Positions 26,701 to 45,905 of a stretch of DNA of 64,000 bases are shown one piece after another. The translations under genes were made by a program, and so were the position numbers. Origin of the DNA: Bugula neritina (taxonomy: Eukaryota > Animalia > Bryozoa); contig OZ037767.1 in assembly GCA_964035545.1 (NCBI GenBank), positions 9,682,581 to 9,746,580 on the forward strand, written 5' to 3'. The notes beneath the pieces are model-generated. The model saw only the letters and a program-made list of their open reading frames with translations. It was not told the origin of the DNA and ran no database searches. Positions within the stretch are counted from its first letter, which is position 1. The number at the start of each line of letters is the position of its first letter.

Positions 26701-29700
26701 TATATCACGGAGGTCAGGCAGAACAAGATTAATGAAATCATTGACTCAGCGTTATTATTTGTACGGTGTAATAATTGATTAAGAGCATGTTAAAGTTTTC
26801 TTTGTAGTTATCAGTTCATAAAGTGGCTGCAAACCAAGATTTCAAATAAACTATCAAATTTATGAAAAACCCTTTGGCTTACGCTAAAAGTACAGGTGAC
26901 ATGTGCACTTGAATAGTACTCACGGAGCAGGAAAACCGTTTGAAAATTTGTTAATGGTAATCAATATGTGATTTAATCGGGAGAGATTAACTAGACATAC
27001 CAAAGTAGAGAATTAACTAGCCTGTAGCTCCACTTGCACCAACGAGTTGACAAAATGGAGTTGGGCTTGTTGAAGGGCAAGCAAAAAAATGCAGCTGCCA
27101 ACAAATTTGAACTAAATAATTATATACTAAAGAGTGACCGTAACTCATTCTACCCTTCTCAATTCCATAATATATTCATCAGTAATTAGACTTCAATGTT
27201 TACCCTTTACTGCCATGTCCTGATCGGGTGGCGGTAAAATAACTGGACTTAATTAGAGACTGAAAAGTTAACGGATGGCATATTTTTTAGTCAGTTGCTA
27301 TGGGTATTCAAAATTTTCCACAATTGCCAAATATGGTAAACCTTAGACTATCCAAATTCCTCAAATATGTAAAAAAATTACTAATACAAACTTTTAAAGT
27401 TATTGTAAATATTCCTGTATTACATACACAAGCTTAAGAGAGTGAAAGACAACGAAGTTATACAAATTCGATATAATATACCTGTTGAAATCCACGTCGT
27501 CACCTAAACGACCTGAAGCCACCGCATCTTTTAGATGAACATTAAATATCTCTTGTCGCTCCGTCTGGTCAGGTAGTGCCATCTCAATCACCACCTCAAA
27601 CCTGCATTAGGAATCAGGCAGGTGTAAGACTAACAAGTAACTTAGACTAATGCATGTCGTGTCACTTGTCAAGTCTAGCAGCAGAGTACCTTGTCTTTGA
27701 TGCCATGTAGTGGCCAAGTTTTCATGATATACAAAGTAGTAAGTAACAAGTGGGATTCTTGTAGCACCCATCTTTCAAAACCTGTCAGTAAAACCCACCT
27801 GCCAGTGCATGTCAGTAAAACCCACCTGCCAGTGCATGTCAGTAAAACTCACCTGCCAATGTACGTCAGTAAAACCCACCTGCCAATGCATGTCAGTAAA
27901 ACCCACCTGCCAGTGCATGTCAGTAAAACCCACCTGCTAATGCATGTCAGTAAAACTCACCTGCCAGTGCATGTCAGTAAAACCCACCTGCCAGGTCTCA
28001 GAAGTGCTGGTTCCAGAAGCTCAAATCTGTTAGTTAAACCAATCACCAGCAAATTATTTATCGTTCTAAAAATAAAATAAAATAAAAACACATTATTTAC
28101 GAGATGCAAGTGAAAATTTGAGTCTATCAAAATGTTGAAAATACTGTTGACATATAATTATCCCCCATGCTTCACCTGCCATTAAACTAATAGACAGCTT
28201 ATTTCATCATTTGCTTTCATGGATTGTCTCTTGTTTGTCTCTATGTGTATTTTTATCTTCAAGTGTACCTAATAATTATTACTGCATAGTTGGTCAAGTT
28301 ACAACACTTTCTACGGGCTTCTTACTTATATGCATCCATACATGGTCTCTTTACCTATCACTAAAAGTTCTAATACACCAACCTGGCAGTGTATTGTGTG
28401 CTCCCACCTAGCATACCACCAGACCAACCACAGAAAGGGGAGGTTATTACTATACAATTTGAGGAGCTGACAGAATGGTGGCTACTAGTCTAGCCTCTTA
28501 CTGCTATGAATTTCAACTACAGCAAGCTAATGCTTTACAAGGACTTCCCCAATCTGAGTGACATACTAGGATGAAGAAAGGGACGTACCGTAACCCATCC
28601 AGTTTGGTGAGCAGTTGGTTAACCAGACTATCATAGACTAAAGATCCAAGATTGTTTACATCTCGCCCTCTAGGCTTACAAATAGCATCCAACTCATCGA
28701 GCACAATCACATGGAATGGACTACAATATAATCAACACTTAATGTTCTGTGACCAACAATAATGTCAGTAGAAAAAATTGTCTAATGAAAAAGAAAATCG
28801 CCATTTAAAAATTGGATCTAACTGTCACAAGTGCTAACTGACAATGCATTAAGTGATGATGGAACATTGAGAGTCTATTTACTACCCTGTAGAGAGGAAA
28901 GTCAAGTATTCAGCTACATAGATTAAACATGAACTCTGTGAGTTAGTTAATATATCAGAGTGAATATGAACAGAGAAGAGTTAATAATATATCAAAGTGA
29001 ATATGAACAGAGATGAGTTGATGATATATCAGAGTGAATATAAACATAGCCTAAGGGAGTTACTAATATATCATAGTGAATAAAAACATAAGGGAGTTCC
29101 TAATATATCAGAGTGAATATAAACATAACTGATATACTAAAGAAGAACATTTCTATTGACCTGTTGCTCCCCAGTTCCGCCCAATCCCTTTCAGCTCTTG
29201 CAAACAAAGCCCTCAAGTTGAATTCAGATTCGCCAACATATTTGTTTAGAATTTCTGGTGAACTAACCAACTGGACCTACAAGGTGAAATAGGCAAAGCT
29301 ATACACACTACATACTATATAGTGTAAACTGATAGTTGTTGGATAGCAAACCTTCTATATAAGTTGAGTGATATTTAAATACTTTCAACAAGAAAATATC
29401 AGGTTTTCATATTCCCATGAACTTGTATACAATCATGTTTTGATAATTCCCTGAATAATTAGAATCTATAGAAACTTACAAAAAGCAGTGCCAAAAATAT
29501 TACAAATGTATTGAGTTTGTAGTATATTTGTAAATACTTTTAACCCATGAATAAGATGCTACGATATTTCAGACAGAATTAAATTTTAACATAGAAGAAG
29601 AAAGCTGGGACAACCAAGTCATTGTTTAAAAGTTTTGAGATCACAAAAAGCTGCTAAAATATACTTACAAGAATGATTCTTTTCAACAAATTCAAATAAA

Positions 29701-32700
29701 CAAGCAAAAAATATCCATTATTTTTCCATTTCCTACTCATATAACAGACAAAACGACTATAAACTAGTGCATTGGTAGAAGTTCCACGATATTTGCAGAC
29801 GGGACAGAATATTACTTACTATGAACCCTCCCAACAAGAAGTGCATTCTGTTTTACAGAACATAACATTGGTGGTTCTTAGTAACATGCTACTTGAAATG
29901 TTCTTATGCAAGTAACTACTTGCTGGAATAGTAGCTGATGAACTGATAGTATTCCTTTAGGGCAGACAACTCCATAAACTTATACAGCACCATTCAGAGA
30001 ACAACTACAATTTTTCTAACTATCGACTAGTAACCAGACAAAACAAATTTCATGTAATTTGATTAGAAGATAGAGTTGGTCTTGCAAAACTGTTTTACTT
30101 AGCAAATTATACCAGATTTGCAGCAGCTAAATACATTCTAGTGCACCAATCAGTCAGAGAGTCTTGACTAAATGGCAGAATTTTATAAAAAAATTGTTTA
30201 TTTTCGATTTATCATTGCATTTGGAAATAATTTTATAAATTATTGTGACAGTCATAGACAAAACCAGCTACACTAGTTGTTGAGAAAACTATTTAATTTA
30301 CAAGACTATTTAATTTACGGGATGTAAACCTATGCATACGATTAAATCATTAGTAAAAATTAATTAAGAAAAAAATTATTTCTACGAATTAAAAACTATT
30401 AAAACACTCAGAAGTTTCATTATTGCGGTTACATACAGTTCATTATCTAAGGATTCTAATGCTATAGATTAAAGCATTAGAATGGGAGAGATATAAGTAG
30501 GCAGACCTGATGGGCAGTATGCACTATGAAATAAGATGGTCAAGAATAACAAGACAGTGGACAGCTGGACATCAGAAATCCTAAAATATGTTTGGACATT
30601 AGCTGCTCTGGTCAGTTATAACTCTGTCTTCCAGACTGATTGATTCGAAGATTTTTCTAAAGATTATCCGGATTGACCTGAACTCTAGAGTCTAATTATT
30701 ATGAGCTTTGAACGGAACACAAGTATTTAAAACATAGAGTTGTCTTTCTTACATTTAGGAAAGACAACTCTATATTTTGAAAACAGCCTGTAATTTGTAT
30801 TTTACATTGAGGAAAGATAGCTCTACAAATTGAGATCAAATTTCAATATAACAATCTACAGCATTTTACATGGTAGGCTTTACTTGGGAAGAAACAAGAT
30901 TTTTGTGAATATTTATAACTGAATATGAAGAAAATTTGAGGTAGCTTAAATTTCAAAATGTTCACCACATCATACTCATTAGAGTTTCGACATTTCTCGA
31001 ATAGTTTTGCAGAGTGAATTGTTATACTGTAGAATTGTATAATTATACCATACAACAATTATACTGTGTGACAAGTATGCTGCATATTTATACCATATGA
31101 TAATTATGCTGTATGAGATATATTCTGGAGATGGGAACTTACGTGGCCAGCATTCATAATGGATGCCACAGTGCGAGATAGGAGAGATTTTCCTGTACCA
31201 GGTGCACCATGTAACACCAAACCTCTGACATGAGACAGTCCTAGATCTCTCAGTATGTGGGAAGGTAAAGCTATAAACATGTTACAAGGTAAGATAAATC
31301 CACCGTAGAAATCATCAAAATGCAGTCAACTAAAAACAATTCAATTCTAAAATGAGTGTGCTATAGCAATAGCAAGGCTTCGAGGAAAAAAATAGCTCGT
31401 CTTGCCACTACAGCATTTATTAGACACATCAATATTATATTTTTTCCCACATTCAGATAGAAAGAGGTACATACAGCGTATAATAGCTGAGTATACAAGC
31501 TATGTTATACACTGCAAACATACTTCGTGTAAGGAATACTTTCTTGTAGATTTCCAAGGCTTGTCTCCCCATGCCACCAACTCCATACTTCTCTAAATTG
31601 TGAAACAGCTGAGCAAAATTAGGTACAGCCGTGAAGGAAACGAGAACATGGCTCTGAGTAGTGATAGCGAGATCCTCCTTTCTACAGCAATTGGAAGATC
31701 AGGTTGTAGTTATGAATAAGATGTATTATACAGAATATGTTACACCAGCTGGAGTCTAACCAGCCAGCTTTTTGTTGCTTCAATTCAGTGTTTTTGTTTT
31801 TAGATAAAAAGAAAAATGTATACATACATGTTTTTCAATCTAAACATTGCAAAAATGGATTGTCGGTGTGAAAGTACCAACATTGGAGAAATGGTATAGT
31901 AAAAAATCTAGTATAGTATAGTATAAACACATAAGCAACCTATTTACATTTCCTAGACTCACAAGTTAACATAAACTTAAGGTAACTGAAGGTACATACA
32001 TAAAACAATCATTGAAATAGCTAGTTTAATTTTCTCAATTTTTCATAAACAATAAATGTATATGTGACTCACTCACATTTTTACTGTAAGTACACTAGAA
32101 CAGCAAATATAGACAAGGGGCAGGCATCTACGTAGCCACCAATAGAAACATAGGGTAGTGTTAAGCTACATAGATGTTCATTAGAGCTAAAAAGCAGACA
32201 ACTCCAACGTTGTTGGGTGAGACACAGAAAAAGCCTGTTAATAGCTTGTATATACCCACACCTTTATTCTCACCCGACAGCCTCAAGTCTCACATTGTAG
32301 CTGCTGGCTTGTGTGATGAGTAGCGGTGATTTAACGAGGATGGTGCACTTTATTAACCAATCATTGACAACTTTTACTTCATCACATGATGCCGCTTGAC
32401 CAATAGAAATCTCAGAAACAACTGCTTTAATGTTCATGAATCCTGAGCCATGCAAGTGCAACACTGAGCCACCCAGGGCAGAGCAATTTTGGGTGAAGGC
32501 GGGAGGGTAGGAGTCCTTGCATCCAGTTACTGCGAGACAAAAGTGAGAGAAACTGATAAAGAATTGTCTTCTCAACATTATCTATGAGTGATTATTAACT
32601 GAGATATATAAGGAGCAGCAATGGTCTAGACTCTAGAGGTTAGGCCGCTGGCTTAGTAAACACAAGGCCAGTGGTTCAAACCCCAGCAAAGGCAATTGGT

Positions 32701-35160
32701 GATGTTAAAAAGAGCATTTAGTCATAATTGCTCCTGCGACACATACGAATAAATCCTTAACCTTTTTATCAGGGGTTCTCACAGATATAGTGACTATCAA
32801 CTCCGTCACAGTGACTGAGATATGGCCACTCACCTGCTGATAACATCACATGATTTTCATGATGCAACGGGCAGCCAGCCTGAGAAACTAAAGTTACATA
32901 GTATTCACAGAGGTGCGGGGAGAGACCTTCCCTAGCCCTGAGGTGCTCGTAGGGCAAACTTTCTTCAGTGTGAATCTCAACATGACTTGGACACTACAAG
33001 CAAGAGAAGATAATTACAAATATTTCTCTCTCAGATCATTATTCATTTACTATTACTATTTTCAACAATGAACTGTAGTGGGATTATTCTAAATATTATT
33101 TCAAATATATGAAACCTGAATATGGATGGAAGTAGTTCGATTTTTGTGTGGCATAGCCTCACATGGGGAGCCCTGGCTGAGCGTCACAATAATACCATCT
33201 CCAGGGAGGTTCTGAGACTTAGGCTTAGTAGACACATGGTGCCCTATAGAAGTGGGTGCCAAACCTACAAACGGAATAAATAATAGTCCAAACAGTAGAA
33301 AACAATATAATGTAATACTTGGGTTAAATTGGGCATTTTCAAACAAAAACAACTTTTACAGTATTTTGTGTTGCTGTTTTTCCAAATCATTTTACTCATG
33401 ACAACATAATACATATCAATTCATTAGTTTAGCAATATAAGTCCATATTACCGCTAGTTGCAAAAGAATGGAACGACTTACACACCTGGTACAGTAATAC
33501 AGCCGGCCGTATGTTTCTCTGCCCCGCATTCAACACTCTGCTCTACCAGACCAAAGGAAAGTTTAGCGCCTTCCGGTTTAGAGAGTGTCGTCTCTAGCAC
33601 TTGATCACATAGCTGGGCGAGGTTATATTCAGCCCCCACCTTTGACCTATATAATGTTTCACAGGCAGACCCGGCTACCTGGGGAGAAGTCAGCACCTAC
33701 AGCATAAGAAAAGACCTGTGTGTGTCAGCAAACCGGCTCAAACAGCAAATTCAGGCAAATGTACTCAACAGAAAGTTATAGTCTATGCATGATGTTTGTC
33801 AACACATGTGTTTTTAAATCTTATGGTTTTTGTCATCTAGAACTCATATACAAGACCTGAAACTTACTATGGGCAAATAAACTTTATGCTATGGGTAAAT
33901 GTTATAACATCAAATAAAGTTCACATTTTGTAGGATTATGATAAAAAAGTTTTATTGCTCACAGGACATGTTAGATAGGTGAGTAGTATAAAGAGTAAAA
34001 CCAGTATATTAAAAAAACATTAGCTATTTCACTGAAAGCTTTTTACAGCTTTTATATTTTATTTCAGCTTTTATATTGGTAGCAGCAGTAGGAATATCAT
34101 AAATAGGTTTATTGTGCACATGACATGTTAGATAACGTTTGCTTCTCATTTGCCATTGAAGCTTTGTCACCTAGTTTTGGTGCTGAGCTTTAGGTTTCTG
34201 AATTTCTGCATGACTGTTGTGAGCTTTGACTGGCACTTGCTTTTAAATTCCTCAAACTTAGTGGAGTAATCTGAAATATTTGCATGCTACTCTGCATTGT
34301 GTTGAACCAATTTCCTTTCCCTCTGCTGGGCTATAATCGTAACGCTTGTTAAGCTCCATAAAAGAAGTCTTTATCTGGTGCAAGCCTTCAGCATACCTGT
34401 TTCCTTTGTCTGTCAACCTTGCAATCGATTCTTCCGAAATTTTTTCTTGCCTACAGCTGGGCAGACACCAACTATTCCTACAGGACTCTAACTTTCCTAT
34501 TTCTCAAGCAGATAGTGCTCACAGCACAGTTTCATCAGATCCGTTGCATGTTGACTGCAATTAGTGAGCAACTGAGCAATTGCCACCTTGCCACTGCATC
34601 TAGTTTACTGGAAACCCCCCCCCCCTCAAACGCACCGAGTCATTAAATGGCTGGAAGACAAGCTGCTGAACCGGAAGAGACGTTTGCATTAAACTTCCTG
34701 TATGCCTGACATTTGGACGAGAGCTGAGCAGAGATAGCTTTGTCCAACCGTGTTAGGTATCACACTTACAACAATCAAAACTCACTCAATCACAACTCAA
34801 AGTTAACATTCACAGCTTCTGTAAAACACCCTCCAATACACATCCCACAGCTTGGTGGTTGATCTAAGTAAATGAATATTTTACGAATTGATCTCTGTTT
34901 AGCTTAATTTCCTAATTTTGAAACGTGATATCTTTTGCATTTGTTTAATTATTTTTTGATGCAATAGCCAATAGAGGAGGTGTTGTATTTTAGCATTGTT
35001 GTTAAACTCCCTCTCTTTACAACTCAACTAGTTAACATGTCCTGTGCATAATAAAACTTATTTCTCATAATCCAATGCAGCTAGTTTTCAGCTTAAATTT
35101 TTAACTTACCATAAAAATGAAATAGTTTAAAAATCCTCTTTTCAAGTTCTCAAGAACCAT
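20703..35160 (-). CDS. NSF-like AAA+ ATPase with predicted signal peptide, MRH-type lectin domain and IPT/TIG domain (~749 aa); not canonical NSF
   Basis: Exons on - strand: 35160-35110, 33696-33486, 33264-33116, 32993-32834, 32529-32274, 31681-31524, 31270-31143, 29276-29161, 28720-28589, 28065-27988, 27601-27482, 25539-25215, 23936-23863, 22404-22268, 20857-20703; 2250 nt, all GT-AG and phase-consistent. NSF D1 motifs: YGVGGM..EIYKKVFLTR, HVRGLVLHGAPGTGKS (Walker A), PEILNKYVGESE (pore loop), VIVLDELDAICKPRG (Walker B), VNQLLTKLDG, GLTNR, ALLRPGRFEV. The first exon and last three exons are less certain than the D1 core. Confidence 0.8.
22612..22744 (-). mobile_element. tRNA-derived SINE copy (partial)
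   Basis: GGAGCAATTATGACTGGATGCTCTTCCTAACATC core plus GGGCTCGAACCC (B box on - strand) and CCCCTAGACCA. Confidence 0.78.
23950..24105. repeat. ~34-bp minisatellite, ~4.5 copies (core AGTAATACTAGCATATGAGTCACCATAATAAC)
   Basis: Directly visible; abuts the acceptor of the 23936 exon. Confidence 0.85.
27784..27993. repeat. 27-bp minisatellite, ~8 copies, containing a 5' splice donor of the NSF-like gene
   Basis: Unit AAAACCCACCTGCCAGTGCATGTCAGT; minus strand reads GCAG|GTGGGT or GCAG|GTGAGT. Confidence 0.95.
28945..29130. repeat. ~35-bp degenerate minisatellite (core AATATATCAGAGTGAATAT), ~5 copies
   Basis: Directly visible. Confidence 0.8.
32611..32800 (+). mobile_element. tRNA-derived SINE, near full length
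   Basis: GGAGCAGCAATGGTCTAG...GGTTCAAACCCC...AAGAGCATTTAGTCATAATTGCTCCTG...GGGGTTCTCACAG; fills most of the intron between the MRH and IPT exons. Confidence 0.8.
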
Positions 35161-35599
35161 TCTTGAATCAATACTTCTTGAATCAGTATATAAATATTCT
35201 TACACTACGACATCAAAATGGCTAAAAAATAAAATAAAAATTACAAATAAGCTTGTAATTTAATGAAGGCTTAAAACATTAAGTTTGACTTTCATTTATT
35301 TACTTGTAGTTTTGGCAAAGCCAAAGGTATCGAATACCGATACTGATAGTAATACTTGGTATTACACTCATAGTCATTGTGATTAAATTTAAATTCAACT
35401 ACTACTAGTACTACTACTAGTACTAGAAAAATGACAACATATATAAAATCTATCATAAAGTGAATACCTGACTAGTATACTTTTTAGCATTTCAAATAAA
35501 GTAGACCACTGTGTTTTTCTACCTACCACTCCTACTAATAGTCATAACAATTGGCGTTAATCTGAAATCCTATTATAATTATCATTATGAAAACTTTAT

Positions 35600-36050
35600 C
35601 AATGATCATGAGTATCAAATTGTAATTGGCGGTGTAAACGTATTTCCATAGCCTACAGAAAAGGATCATTCGTAAAATTGTCGCACGTTTTCGGTCTAAT
35701 CGTAATCACAAAACAGAGAAACATTAATTGTTAAAAGAGGAAATAACTCTTTAAGAAAATAAAAGTTACTTTGATAGCTCATCAGCTATTGGGTATTCGT
35801 AATATTTGTCACCAATGAAATTGGCTAGTAGTAGATGTTGTTCTGGTTGCCTCGAAACCACAGGCATAGTCAAAAGCTTCACTTCTCGTGGGCACCAGCG
35901 ACTAATTTTAATGAAAAAGGTGAAAGACTCGAACTACGGTAATGCCAATGGTAGTGAATTTTGCTGCTGCCTTGAAAACACCCTAACGTGATTTGAGGTC
36001 TAACTGTGTTGTTGTAACGCGTGTAAACGTAGCTTGCAACAACTTATAAA
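35600..36050. promoter_or_regulatory. Putative bidirectional promoter (NSF-like gene / DZANK1) with X-box-like motif GTTGCCTCGAAAC (35846-35858) and CCAAT boxes
   Basis: Divergent ATGs at 35160 (-) and 36856 (+); locally more CpG; ATTGG/CCAAT motifs; X-box-like site. No TSS data. Confidence 0.45.
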
Positions 36051-36846
36051 GATATAAATTCAAACACTCGTATTTCAAGTTCAGCTTCAGTCTGAGTCTG
36101 GAAGTTTTAATTCATTTAAAACAAGTTCATCCAATACCATTCACTTTCAGTTTGAGTTTGTAATTGAACTTAGTCCTATAGTTATAGTAACAAACAATTC
36201 TGATTGTTTAAGATAAGTACAATTAACTTTAAAAGTAATTATTGTGAGTTTATGCTATAAGCACATGCTAAGCTATAATTAAATTCATATTTATGTTAAT
36301 ATTATTTTTATGATTATCATTATGATTATGACAAAATTTTGAGTTTGAACTCCTTATTTATTCTTTAACACTAACACTAGCAGTTGTACTTGCAGTTAAT
36401 AATTGAGTTACAAGTTGAAGTCTGAGTATCTATCGATTTTCAAAACATATTGAAGTTGGCGTTGGATTTCAATGTAATCTTGAAGCAAGATACTTTTCAG
36501 TAATTTGACTTTTATCCAGCACAAGTATCGTGATCATTGTCATTATTGATTATGATTATATTAATAATTATTCTGTAAATTGCAAGACTTTTGCTAACAG
36601 GCGTAACACCACCACCATTGTAACTATGACATTGCTAGCCATTAGAACCTGGTCAAAGTTAATATTTATCAATCTGAGCAATAATGAAATTTAACATTGA
36701 TGCAGTCCTATTTGGGACCTGTGAGCGCATTATGTATAAAGCTCTTCTTTGAATGTTTATGTAGTAAATTGGCACTTTATTATTCCATTATTTTTATGTC
36801 ATGTTAATGTTATGCAAGAACTTCATTTTAAGGTTGAAAAGATTAA

Positions 36847-44851
<8,005 letters not shown>

Positions 44852-45684
44852 AACTCAAATGATTACCTTTACTGATATTAATTATCACTTTATGTAGTTG
44901 CGTAGAAATACCTTTTTATGTAATAAGTTTGCTACAGTTTATAAATTTCCATGTTTATATTTAATTTAGTTTCCACTGAATATTCAAGTGACTGAAATTG
45001 TGTAAAGCGAATACACATAAATTTATTTATTAAAAGCAAAATTTGGAACTTCTAAGTAATCTGAAAGAAGTTGGTTACAGAAATTAGGTGGTTGAAAATT
45101 TAGATATTTTACGCAACCTTTTATAAAAACACAAAAAGTTATGAAAAAAAGAATATTATCAATTCTTGTTGTGGTTTTATATTCTGTTTGTATATCAGGA
45201 ATGATTTAACTTTTTTTTATTCTGCCAGTTTTAGTTTCTTTATATAAACTACTAAACTTTTATTTGTAGCACATAATTAGGTATTTAGGTTTAGTTAAAT
45301 AATCTGTAGTGAAGTTAAAATTAATTCTCTGATTTTAGTACAACTTTATTGTTAAAAGTATAGTGAGTGAATGATTTCAATTATTGTATACATGCTAAAA
45401 CTGTATTTTATCCACAATAAATTTATGTTGAAAAGCAGCATAAAAATTAGTAAAATTGAGATAGAACTGGTAATGCATAAAAATGACATTCAAAGATTCT
45501 ACTTGAGAATGAAAATAGCTGTACTTCAATACAAGGTAAAAGGTGATTTATAGATGAGGTAACTGGTTGGGTATACCACAGGTTAACATTTAAGCCAAGC
45601 TCAAGCAAACCACTGACTAGATAGACAATATCGAAACCTTAGTCAATTAATAAGTGCTCGCACAATACAGCAGCTGTAGTAGTA

Positions 45685-45890
45685 AGTGACCAATGAGCAC
45701 ACAGCACTGGCTGTCCAATGGAAATGCAGTTGTGACCGTCCAATGAACATGCAATGGTGACTGTCCAATGGAAATACAGGCGTGACTGTCCAATGGGAAT
45801 ACAGTAGTGACTGTCCAATGAGAATACAGTAGTGACTGTCCAATGAGAATACAGTAGTGACTGTCCAATGAGAATACAGTAGTGACTGTT
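45685..45890. repeat. 25-bp minisatellite (GTGACTGTCCAATGAGAATACAGTA), ~8 copies, in the MEMO1 3' UTR
   Basis: Directly visible; begins ~16 nt after the MEMO1 stop. Confidence 0.9.
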
Positions 45891-45905
45891 GATAGAGTAA
45901 TGACT

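Noticed and set aside
25865-27370. Possible transposon remnant in the long intron of the NSF-like gene
   Set aside because: No TIR, TSD or coding similarity that I could establish.
20703-35160. Assigning the gene symbol NSF
   Set aside because: The NSF N domain and D2 P-loop are absent, so this is a paralogue rather than the canonical gene.
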